From the IMG/VR virus record IMGVR_UViG_3300033067_000400, positions 1 through 35,985 of that record: a stretch of 35,985 nucleotides of DNA; one strand, written 5' to 3'. The DNA is from a virus (Duplodnaviria > Caudoviricetes). The notes beneath the pieces were generated by a model. That model did not search any database, was not told where the DNA came from, and was given only the letters and a program-made list of their open reading frames with translations. Below, piece after piece: positions 7,673-17,600 of the stretch; the first letter of the stretch is position 1, and the number at the start of each line of letters is the position of its first letter. The position numbers were made by a program, and so were the translations under genes.

Positions 7673-8643
7673 TATGCTGCCCTCACGAGTGCGCCGTTAA
7701 ACCAAGTCACAACTTGGCTAGGTGTGGTGTTCCAAGTTGAGCCGAAGTTGTGATAGACGTAAAGTTCGACATAATCAGTCGTGCCGTTGAGATAAACCAC
7801 ACCAGAGACAGTCATGAAGTTCTGGATGGTAGTAAATGCAGGAGAACACGAACCGAGGAAGAACTGACCGCCGTTCTTCCAGATCGAAATAACGCTTAAC
7901 TGCGATGCAGAACCAGCAGCCATGCCGCAAGCGCCAGAGATCTGGTAGTAGCCAGCTACGTTCGGTGTGAATCGGTAATTCGTTGCGCTGTCGAAACAGT
8001 TCGCCGTGTCGAACAATTCATTGTTCAAGATGATTTTTGTGTTTGCGCCAGTTGTGCATGCTTGAACAGTTGATCCCCACGCACTAAACGCTGGCCCATT
8101 ACCCGCCACGTTGGGCGCGAGGTTGAGCTGCGTCACCGAGCCGTTGGTGTTGGCGATGGCGTTCAACACGCTCGACACATAGAAGCTCTCGGTCGTGATG
8201 AGGTCGCCAGCAGCAGCGCCAACAGCCAGCACGACGGTCGTGCCGTTGCTTGCCGTGTAGTCGGCAGAGCCAAGCAGCACGCCGTTGCGGAACACGCTGA
8301 TATAGCCGACCGTGTAGCTCGGCACGCTGAACGCGGTCTGAGCTGCGGTGGCCGTGAACTCTGTCACCGTGCGGTAGGCAGTGGTCGTGACACCAGCAGC
8401 AGGGATGCCGAGGTAGCGCACAGAGATGTTGCCTGTCCCGCTTGGCGGTGCAGCAGAGAACGTCAGCGTCGTGCCCACCACCGAGTAGGTCGATGGGTCT
8501 TGCAGCACGCCAGAGACAGCAACGATCACAGAGGCTGTGTTCGCTGGAGCCACCGACATGGTGAACGCTGTGGTGCTGCCGTTGCCGCTGAACTGGTCAG
8601 TCAGGAAGGCCACCGAGTTGATTGGGTTGCCGATATAACTCAT
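7672..8643 (-). CDS. Tail fibre with FSGNGSTTAF adaptor domains and a C1q/TNF-like tip
   Basis: Start MSYIGN at 8643 (ATGA overlap). GPAFSA...FD......YRFTPNVAGYYQI...YLNGTTDYVELY is C1q-like. Confidence 0.75.
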   Translation of the reverse strand: MSYIGNPINSVAFLTDQFSGNGSTTAFTMSVAPANTASVIVAVSGVLQDPSTYSVVGTTLTFSAAPPSGTGNISVRYLGIPAAGVTTTAYRTVTEFTATAAQTAFSVPSYTVGYISVFRNGVLLGSADYTASNGTTVVLAVGAAAGDLITTESFYVSSVLNAIANTNGSVTQLNLAPNVAGNGPAFSAWGSTVQACTTGANTKIILNNELFDTANCFDSATNYRFTPNVAGYYQISGACGMAAGSASQLSVISIWKNGGQFFLGSCSPAFTTIQNFMTVSGVVYLNGTTDYVELYVYHNFGSTWNTTPSQVVTWFNGALVRAA

Positions 8644-8918
8644 GGCTTGGGGTACTCCAGTTTGACTGCTTCGATCGCTTCCTTCCATGCGTCCATGCCG
8701 CCGTGGTAGAGCAGGTCGAGCTGGTCAGTGATGCTTGGGTATGCGGCTGCGCGTTTCTCTGCGTAGGTCATCGCGTCTTGCGATGCCTGCACCGCTGCTG
8801 CGCGAATCGCATCAGCCTCGGCATCAGTGATGGGTGTGCAGTCGGGCAACCACCGTGCGTGGTCGTCACCTTCATCGAGCCAGAACAGTTCGTTGTTTGC
8901 GTTTTTGAAGTGTGGCAT
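8640..8918 (-). CDS. Tail-fibre assembly chaperone-like protein
   Basis: YAEKRAAAYPSITDQLDLLYH...W...I.AVK..YPKP motif. Confidence 0.75.
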   Translation of the reverse strand: MPHFKNANNELFWLDEGDDHARWLPDCTPITDAEADAIRAAAVQASQDAMTYAEKRAAAYPSITDQLDLLYHGGMDAWKEAIEAVKLEYPKP

Positions 8919-8927
8919 TTTTTATCC

Positions 8928-9308
8928 TCAACGAAGCTCTGACCATTTATAGATTGAAATATTATTGACCAATTGAAGTGAATACGTACCACCTGCTGGG
9001 ACAACAATTGAAGCAAACCAAGCTCCTAATGTGTTCGCCGACGAACCACTTAACTGTCCTAAATACGCGACACTGACACCGTTAACAATGACGTATGCGT
9101 AATTTAAACCCGCAGCATTGGTTGTGGCTGTAATATCAACGTAAATAGGTCTACCTGTGGAGTTTGTGTAAGTTGTGGCGGCAGCGCGAGAAGCCGTTAA
9201 GTCTTGCCAAGTCTGACCAACGCCAAGCGGCTGCATCAGCGTTTCGGCTTTTGCTGCTGTGACACCAGCATCAGCAAGGCTGTTCGTGTTGATTTTGCTG
9301 ATAGGCAT
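8928..9308 (-). CDS. Short tail-fibre tip protein
   Basis: Start MPISKI at 9308 (TAATG overlap). LGVGQTWQDLTASRA..TTYTNSTGRPI...WSELR is a typical fibre C-terminal domain. Confidence 0.75.
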   Translation of the reverse strand: MPISKINTNSLADAGVTAAKAETLMQPLGVGQTWQDLTASRAAATTYTNSTGRPIYVDITATTNAAGLNYAYVIVNGVSVAYLGQLSGSSANTLGAWFASIVVPAGGTYSLQLVNNISIYKWSELR

Positions 9309-9571
9309 TACGCGGCTCCCATGCGTGCAGCTTGCTCGGCCACCTGCGCTTCGTAAGCAGCGATGACTTCGGGTGTCCAAGCAGCGCGTGCGATCGCAGC
9401 CACCTTCTCTGGCACACCTGTCAGGTCTTGGGCTGGTGCGAGGCTGGTGCGATGAAACGTCTGTGCTGCGATTTCCCCATCACGCAAGATGCGCGTAGCC
9501 TCGCGGAACAACACCGTGCCGTTCTCAGTGACCGTGATCTGGTCGATGACTTTGGTTTCTGTGAGTGACAT
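9308..9571 (-). CDS. Small tail-fibre-associated protein
   Basis: MSLTETKVIDQITV.ENG.V..REATRI..DG.....FHR.SL.P; AAGGA RBS. Confidence 0.7.
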   Translation of the reverse strand: MSLTETKVIDQITVTENGTVLFREATRILRDGEIAAQTFHRTSLAPAQDLTGVPEKVAAIARAAWTPEVIAAYEAQVAEQAARMGAA

Positions 9572-9582
9572 GGTTTGTTCCT

Positions 9583-10344
9583 TTAAGCGTTTGTGATGTA
9601 AGAGAGAGTGCCGTTCCATGCAAACTGCGCGTTACATGCGGATGAGTTGTCATATCGAATAATCGAGCAAGTGTTTGCACCACTATTACCAACAATTTCC
9701 CACATATTTCCAGCAGCAAACCATTCACGCGAAGCGCCAATAGGAGTGGTCGTGTTAATTACAAAAGGCAATCCTGTTAGCTGCGAAATCGCCGTCATAG
9801 TTCCAGTAAGCGATTGAGCATTGAATGTCACCGTCACTAAACGACCAACCTTTACGTAGCTACCACTACAAGTTTGAGAGGTAATAGTTCCAGCGCTTGG
9901 GGTTAGCACAGGCGTCCAAGTCCCTTCCTCATAATCGTCGAGTGTGTTTGCGTCAGAGCTCGGGACTTGAGTTGCAGGGAAGGACACGCCGTTCAATGCG
10001 AACACCTGACCAGAGGCCAGCTTTGCTGCGGTCACTGCACCAGCGGCCAGTTGGTTTGTGCCCACGCTGCCATCGCTCGGCTGGATCACCTGAGTGATCG
10101 GGCTGGTGTAGCGCACATAGATGTTGCTCGAACCAGAAGGTGGTGCGCTGGTGAACGTGATGGTGTTGCCGCTGACAGTGAACGCATCCACTGGGCTTTG
10201 AGGCACGTTCTCGATGAACGCCTGCACCTGCGCCACCGACGCCACAGGGCGCGACAACGTGAAGGCCGTGGTCGATCCATTGCCGCTGAACACGTCAACG
10301 GCTGGCGTGAACGCCTGCTGGGTTGGAGAGTTGCCAAGGTACAT
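9583..10344 (-). CDS. Tail fibre with FSGNGSTTAF adaptor and distinct tip
   Basis: N-terminal adaptor paralogous to 7672-8643, then ANTLDDYEEGTWTP...G.YVKVGRLV...GLPF. Confidence 0.75.
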   Translation of the reverse strand: MYLGNSPTQQAFTPAVDVFSGNGSTTAFTLSRPVASVAQVQAFIENVPQSPVDAFTVSGNTITFTSAPPSGSSNIYVRYTSPITQVIQPSDGSVGTNQLAAGAVTAAKLASGQVFALNGVSFPATQVPSSDANTLDDYEEGTWTPVLTPSAGTITSQTCSGSYVKVGRLVTVTFNAQSLTGTMTAISQLTGLPFVINTTTPIGASREWFAAGNMWEIVGNSGANTCSIIRYDNSSACNAQFAWNGTLSYITNA

Positions 10345-10354
10345 GCGTGGCCTC

Positions 10355-10681
10355 TTAGGTGATGTTGAGAACGCTGGTCACTGCATCGATCGAGGCAGCA
10401 GCCGAGGACACCACCTTCAACACGTCGGCTGCGGTGAGCACGACCTTCTGATCGCCACCGACGATGACGAGTGCGCCGCCCACTGGCACTGTCGCGCCTT
10501 TGATCAGGTAGTAGTTCACAGCCGAGCGCGTGATGTACGCATCGACTGTGACAGGCGAAGTCGTGGTGTTCGCGCAAGACATGCCGATCACGGTTGTCTG
10601 AGTGCCAGCACCAACAGTGACCACTGTCGCTGCGGATGTGCCAACGTCCTTGTTGGCGTAAGAGGTGAATGTGTTTGCCAT
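10355..10681 (-). CDS. Small beta-rich tail-associated protein
   Basis: MANTF...; follows the fibre-anchor gene; AAGGA RBS. Confidence 0.7.
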   Translation of the reverse strand: MANTFTSYANKDVGTSAATVVTVGAGTQTTVIGMSCANTTTSPVTVDAYITRSAVNYYLIKGATVPVGGALVIVGGDQKVVLTAADVLKVVSSAAASIDAVTSVLNIT

Positions 10682-10693
10682 GATGATTTCCTT

Positions 10694-11602
10694 TTAGCCT
10701 AGAGCGATAGCCATCGCGAGCGCAGCACCACTGGCAGCGGCAGCGCTCGCTGCAGCGGCGGCTGCTTGATTGGGGGCGTCGATGATTGAGGCCATGTTGG
10801 CGACGCACTCGTCGATGTCAGCCACGTTGTCTGCGACCGTCGACACATCTGCGCTGATACCCGCAACGGTGTCGATGTTGGTTTTATTCGCATTGACCGC
10901 ATTGATGTTGGTAGCGTTGCCTGCGACAGCGTTGATGTTGGTGGCGTTGCCCGCAACCGCGTTGATGTTTGTAGCGTTGCCCGCTACAGCGTTCACGTTG
11001 CTGATGTTGGTGCCCACCGCGTCGACGTTCGCGATCGATGTCGCGACCGTGTTGATCTCGCTCGTGGCCTCGTTCAGATCGCTGGCGACAGTCTGGATGT
11101 CGCTGATGTTGTCCACGATGATCTGCAGGCCAGCGATGTTGTTGGCCGCCACCAAGATGGCCTGCGTCAACGTGTTAGCGTCTGCAGCGTTGGTGATCGG
11201 CACCTTCGCGGCGCGGCTAACCGCCTCGGCCAGCTGCTGCGTCTGCATGCTCAGCTTGTCGAGCGCGTTCTCAAGCACGGTCGGGTTGAAGTTGCCGCCC
11301 GTTGGGATGTCGGTCTCTTGCTCGTAAGCGATGGCGCCAGCGATGCTGAGCTTCTCGCCTGTGGCGAGCGCAGCGCCGCTGATCGGGTAGGTGATCGTGC
11401 CGCCGGGTGTGGCGTCTTGGTCCGAGTTGAGAGAAACAGAGTAATCGGAGTCGAGCTCGAGCACGGTCTCGATGCCGTCAGCATCGGCGACAACGATCTC
11501 GACGTCAGCAGTCGTGAAGACTTTGAACTCGAATGGGAATGAGGTGGTAGACCCGTTCCCGTTGAACGGGCCAGCCTTTCGCTCGGCGGCAGGTACAGTC
11601 AT
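10694..11602 (-). CDS. Tail-fibre anchor protein (T7 gp17-like N-terminus plus coiled coil)
   Basis: GNGSTTSFPFEF...E.ALDKL....QQL N-terminal domain, NINAVAGNAT repeats, C-terminal ALAMAIALG. Confidence 0.8.
   Translation of the reverse strand: MTVPAAERKAGPFNGNGSTTSFPFEFKVFTTADVEIVVADADGIETVLELDSDYSVSLNSDQDATPGGTITYPISGAALATGEKLSIAGAIAYEQETDIPTGGNFNPTVLENALDKLSMQTQQLAEAVSRAAKVPITNAADANTLTQAILVAANNIAGLQIIVDNISDIQTVASDLNEATSEINTVATSIANVDAVGTNISNVNAVAGNATNINAVAGNATNINAVAGNATNINAVNANKTNIDTVAGISADVSTVADNVADIDECVANMASIIDAPNQAAAAAASAAAASGAALAMAIALG
10901..10990 (-). repeat. 30-bp tandem coding repeat (AVAGNATNIN x3)
   Basis: Three near-identical 30-nt units differing mainly at synonymous positions. 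Confidence 0.85.
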
Positions 11603-11628
11603 TGTTTTGGCCCTCGGGTGTTGGTGTG

Positions 11629-11661
11629 ATTATCAAAAAGTAGGTGTCTCATATCCGCACC
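11629..11661 (-). promoter_or_regulatory. Putative late promoter (tail-fibre/lysis operon)
   Basis: GGTGCGGATA-17 nt-GATAAT, intergenic. Confidence 0.7.
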
Positions 11662-11662
11662 T

Positions 11663-14600
11663 TTATTCCTTGGGCGCGCCCAGCAGCAGCGCCATTGGGT
11701 TGGACGTCTTGCCCTCGTACATGGCGTTGAACCCCTCCACCGTGCGGTTGACTTGGCCCGCTGGGTAGTGGAAGAGAATGCCCGCCGCGTTGTTGAGGCG
11801 CTTGAGCAACGGCGCGTCGACCTCGCCCTGCTCCACTTGCTTGCCGAGCTTGGCAACTTCACTGAAAAAGCGCGTACCCGCTGGGCCTTCGTAGCCGTAG
11901 AAGCCGTTGATCGACGCGCCCAGTTCGCGCAAGCCAACCATCGTGCCGAGCAGGTAGTTGAGTTGTTCGCGGATGAGCTTCTCGATGAGCTTGTCATCGT
12001 CTTCGCCACCGCCCTTGAGCGCCTCTTTCATCGCGAAGCCAACCACGGCTGGCACCGTGTAGAGCATGAGCATGTCGACCATGAAGCGGCCAACTTGCAG
12101 CGGATCCTTGAAGCTCGTGGCGTTGTAGCGCTCGGCCGTCAGGTTGTAGGTCGTGCTGAAGTACGAGTAGAAGTTGGTGAAGAGCTTTTGCAGTGGGCCG
12201 CCGCGTTGCACGCGAGCGAGGTCCATGATCTGGCCGCCGCCTTGCGCATCGCGCACAGCTTGGTCAGCCTGCGCAATAGCGCCCGCCTCGTCCGCGCCTG
12301 CAGCGATCGACTTCTCGTACTGGCCCAGCCACGTGGGCAAGTCAGCGATCATCTGCGCCTTCTGGATCAGGTAGAAGTAGGTCTCCTTGACGGGGCCTGC
12401 CATCTCGCCTTGCACCTTGTTGCGGATCTCGTTGATCTCGCGCTGCATCGTTTCACCGCGCAGGCGCATGAAGTCAGACTTCGCGTACACCTCCTTGGCG
12501 GTGTTCTCCATGCGGGTCGCGTCGCCAATCCAGCGGGCCAAGCCCTTGCCGACCCACTTCGGCCCGACGCGCACGATGGACTGTGTAAGGCCCAGAGGCT
12601 GCATGAGCGAGGTCATGAGGTTCCAGCCCATGCCAGCGATCGTGGTACCCACGCGCAGGTGGTTGATGGCTGCCTCAAACTCAGACTGCGCAGGCACGTC
12701 ACCCGCAGCGATGTCCTCGAGCGCGCGCTTGAACTCGCGCAGCACTTCGTTGCCAGCGGTCTCGCGGATCGCCGACTCGATAGGGCCTGCGCGCAGGATG
12801 CGCGTGGCGTCGATGAGCCACTCGTGCCATGCCAAGTCGTGGATGACTTGGTCGACGTGTTGGAAGATCACGCCGAGGTCTTTGCGCACAGCGCGGTTGA
12901 CCGTGTCGACACGGCCCTTGGTGTGGCCGCGTCGTGTGGTGGCGCGCGTCATCTGGCCCAGCATCATTTGCTTGGTCAGTTCCGCAGCGGTTTGGCCTTC
13001 GGCCTTGCCAGAGCGGTCTGGGTCGTACTTGATCGGGTAGTAGCCGCCGCGCATTGGCACCACGGTGCCGTCTGCAGTGGTGACCGTGAACGCGCTGGCC
13101 TGCACCTTCTCAGGCGCCAAGCCGCTCACGCGCTCTTCTTTGGCCGAGATCTCAGGCCAGTAGGTGTTGATGTGGTCCCACGCCTTTTGCACGAAGTCGA
13201 GCTGCTCAGGCGTGAGCGTGGACAGGATCGCCTCGACCTGCGCCGAGCTCCACTTGTCGCCGTCCATCACGCGCTGGCGGTTGGCCTCGTTGCCCCAGTT
13301 CAAGGCCACGGCCAAGCGGGTCTCGAGCGAGAGGCTCATGTTGATCGCAGGGATGAACGCCATCGTCTTGAGCTTCTCGCCCTTGATGATGGGCTCGAAG
13401 ATCTTCGACAAGGCCTTGGTGGCCTTCTCGCGCATCACGGCTTCTTTGTCGCCTGCTGCGTTCATCGAGCGGTTGAACACCGTCCAGAACACGCCGCCGT
13501 CCTTCATGCCGTCGAACTGACGGATCAGGCTCGAGAGCTTGCGGTGCGAGCTGAAGAAGCCGCGCACTGCGTCGGTGGCCTTGTCTACCTTGGTGGGCGC
13601 GTTGATGCGCACAGGGCGCTCGCTCGTGGCGTTCTCGCGGATCGATGCCTCGAGGTCGGCGATGACAGCTGCGAATGCGCGCTTGTCCTGCAGCGTGAGC
13701 AGCTTGTCTTTGAGGCGGCCCAAGTGCTCGATGTTGCGCACTGTGTCAACTAAACCACGGAACTCCTCGAGCGTCATGTTCTTGTAAGAAACAAGCTGTA
13801 CGTCTTCGAGCAAGTAGTCGGGGATGTTGGGGTCGAGGCCGAGCTCCTGCTGGGCGGTGATCCACTCGGCGAGCTTGGCTCGCTTGTCGATCTCCTTGAG
13901 CGAGGTGCCACGGTGCAGCTCCACGCGCTCGAGCAGCTTGTCGATCTGAGCCATGTACTCAGGTGGCAGCTTGCTGCGCACGCTGTCCTTGTCGAACTTG
14001 CGCAGGTAGTCGAGCTTCTTGTCCACCTCGGCGAGCGCTTCGGTGGTGTACTTGGCCGCGTAGTGGTTCAAGAGCTGGTCGCGCTTAGCCGTGACCGCGC
14101 CTGTCGTGTCGCCCTCGGCCATCGCGCGCTCTGCCTTGAGCGCAGCGCGCGACTCGGCAGCGGTGTGTGCGCCTGCCTTGAGGTCACGCACTTTGCGTTG
14201 GGCGATCAGATTGCCCGCGAACTCCTTGGCAGCGGCCAACACCGCGTTGATCGTCTGCTTGTACTGCACCTTGGTCGTGGTGCCGTCCTGAGCCGTGCGG
14301 GTCGCGGTGATCGTCTTGCCTGTCTCCACGCGCACGTTCATCGCGTCTTGCAGGGCGCGCAGTTCGCTCGCCACAAAGCGGGCGCGGGCCTCGTTGTGCA
14401 CGGCCTCGTTGGCTGCGCGCTCGATGCCCTTGTCGGTTGCCAGATCGCCGTAGCGCTCGAGCAAGCGTTGGTCGGTCATGCCGTCGATGGTGGTGTCTTC
14501 AGGCATGGCGCCCACGATCGCGCGCACCATCTCGTCGCCGTTGGCAAAGCCGAAGAGCTCGGCCACCATGTTGGGGTGCAGGCCTGTGTCGGCTTCTTTG

Positions 14601-17600
14601 GTCACCATGTTGGTGGCGATGTAGCGCCAAGGGGCTGCAGGGCCTTCGCCGTACATCTCTTTGAGCACAGGCAGGGAGAGCTTGCCGCCCTCAACCTTGT
14701 TGCCCTCGAGCTCGCCGAACTTCAAGAAGCGCTGTACCGCGTACTCGGGCATGGCGCGCACTTCGGCGGTCACCTCTTCTTTGACCACCTTGCGCTTGTC
14801 GTTGATGTCGCGCTGCAGCTTGCTGAGCATCTTGCTGCGGGCGTTGACCACCCACTTCAAGTCACGCAGGCTGCGCGCCTGCAGCTGCTCGATGGCAGCC
14901 TCAGTGCCCTCGGCGCCTTGCTGTTGGTAGTTGACCCATTCCTCATCGGTCATGAAGTCGGGCTTGGTCTTGAACACGGGCGCGAAACCCGCCACGCGCT
15001 CGGCCTCTTTGATCTGCGCGTCGGTCGCCAGCATGCGGTCAAACACGCTGCGCACCTCGTCAGAGAGGTCGTTGTTGTAGCGCGCCATGAAGTCCTTGAG
15101 CGACTTGTAGACGCTGGTCAGGAACTGGCGGAAGCGCTGGAACAGGGGCTTGAGCTCGGCGCTTGGGGCCTTGCCCTCGAAGAGGTATTGCTCGAATGAC
15201 TCGGCAAACTTCTCGTGGTGTGGGCGCTTCTCGTCGAGCGTGTAGCCCATCCACGTCTGCGCGTCGGCAACGCCGAACCACTTGAGCAGCGCGTTCATGT
15301 CCTCGACGACATCCGCTGGCGCGCCCGGCTGGGTCGCGAGGTCGGCCATCACCTCGAGGAAGAAGTGGCCTGTCTCGTGCAGGAACGTAGAGAGATCTGC
15401 GTCTTTGAGCAGATCGATGCGCAGCTGGCTAGGGCTGAAGGTGCCGCGCTTAGGTTGTAAGACGGGCTGGCTTTGGTTGAGGACGTCGCTTTGAGGAGCG
15501 ACACCGAGCGCGCGCTGAACGGCGGCTCGGTCTTCGGGTGTTAATCCGAGGTTTGTGAGCTCGTTGTCGGAGAGGGCGGCAATGCCTTGGACAGTGCCCC
15601 GAGCGCGGGATGCGACAGGTGCTCCAGCACCAGCTCCTTGATCCCCTGCAGCTCCTCCGTTGTCGGCGCTGGCTGCTTCTGCATCCGCTGCGCGAGCAGT
15701 GTCTCGAAGCTCGCGCATTGTTGATCCGTCAGCGCCATCAGCTCGTCCTGCGAGAAGACCTGCGAGGCCGCCTCGGAGATAGCGGTTGATAATGTTTTGT
15801 CGATCGGCATCGGTGCCCTTCCATTTCATGATCACCAATGGCGGGTAGCCATCGGTTTCTGGATTGTACCCGGGGGTACTGTCCTGCCAGAATTTTATAG
15901 CATCTGCTAACTTCTGTGGCGAATAATACTGCGGATCGAAGGGGACTTCGGCCACTTTCTCGAAGCCAAACGCGGCGTACAGCGATGGCAGAAAACCGTC
16001 GGGGTACTTGGCGTTCTTGACCGCGAAGGCGTCCAACACCGTGGCGCCCTCTTGCAGCGCCTTGAGCACGACGGCAGGGCCGCCGATACCACGAGCGCCC
16101 GGCTCGTTGTTGATCACGGAGGTGAGCAGCACCTCGTTGTTGGTGATGCCGGGGGTCTCGATGCCGTAGTCGGCCGCGTAGCCGGGGTCGCCCTTCTTGA
16201 GCGCGAAGAAGATCTGCCCGTCAGCGCCGAGCTGGTAGATCTTCATCGACTTGTCTTTGATCGCCTTCTTGACCTGTGGCAGCGTGTACTCGCTCAGCGC
16301 CACCTTGGCGGGCGAGTTGTCGATCGCGTCGAGGAACTCTTGAGGCGACACGCCGCCTTGCTTCACGGCGTCGTCCGAGGTGCTCCAGTTATCCGCAGCG
16401 AAGTCGGCGGCCAAGCGGGCTTGGCGTGCGCTCTCGATGTTGTCTTGCTTGATCGGACCGATGCGGTCGATCAGATCCTGCGTCACTTTGACGATCGGCT
16501 TGGAGAGCTCGAAGGCGCGGCGTGGGGAGTCCTTGTCGCTGTTCTCAGCGAGCCAGTCCTGCCACAGCAGCTGCCAGTTGATGGCTGCCTCGAGCTTGCC
16601 TACGACCTTGCCGCGCACGCCCACGGGGAAGTCTGGGTGCGCGGTCGTACCTTGCGTGCCGAGCTCGACTTGTGGGCTCTCTTGGTCCACCTCGACCAAC
16701 AGGACGCCGTCGCCCCAACGGTGACCTGCAAGGCTGGGCTCGCGGGTGGCGTCGAGGATTCGGTTCATGGGCGGTGCGCCCAGCTCGAGCGCTTGCTTGG
16801 ACGCCATGATCTCGAGCACGCGCTTGCGTGCGTCAAACGAGATGCCATCCATGTAGGTGTGCATCGTGTCGTGGTCGTCGAAGCCGGGGAAGTAGGTCAG
16901 GTACTCCTTGACCTTGCTGGCCTTGGCGCCTGCGCCTTCCATCTTCTCGCCCGTGGTGCGCACGAGGTCGCCCAGCGCCTTGACGTTCTCAGGGGAGATG
17001 CGGCCATCACGGGCCCACGCCTCGAGCGTAGCCATGAAGGCAGCGGCCACGGTGCTGTTGGACTGGTGCATGTTTGCGTCACCCATCACCACCAGCATGT
17101 AGTTGGCGCCAGCCTTGAGCTTGGCAGCCTTCTGGGCGATCACGCCCTTGCCACGGTTGGCCCACACGATGCCAGCCTGCACGTTGCTCTCGCGCAACGG
17201 GAAGAGCGGGCCGCCCAGCAGCGGGATCGCAACGCTCACGCCCGAGGCGTCGATGCCCGTGTACAGCGCAGCGGCAGCGGTACGGTCGGCGATCGTAGGG
17301 AACACGTCGAAGCCGAGCATGTCCTGCAGCGTGATGATCGGCACGTCCTTGCTGTCGATCAGCTGATCGATCTGCATGACGTCCTGCACTTCGCCGCCCG
17401 CGTCGGTGATCGCCTGCTCGAGGTTCTGCACCTGCTGCGCGTAGCTCTGGTTCATCACATCTGGCCCCATCGTGGGGGCCGTGTTGAACACCGACTTGAC
17501 TTGGTTGGGGTTGTAGATGGCGAGGTTTTTCTTGCGCGCCTCTTTCACGTAGAAGCCGTCAAAGCCTGCTGCCTTGATGGCCGCCTGCGTCGTGGGTTTC

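Noticed and set aside
5900-11602. Diversity-generating retroelement or shufflon
   Set aside because: No reverse transcriptase, no adenine-variant TR/VR pair, no invertase, and all fibre genes are on one strand.
16390-16399. Fifth near-copy of the promoter box (GCTGCGGATA)
   Set aside because: One mismatch, mid-gene, and the -10 position reads GACGCC.
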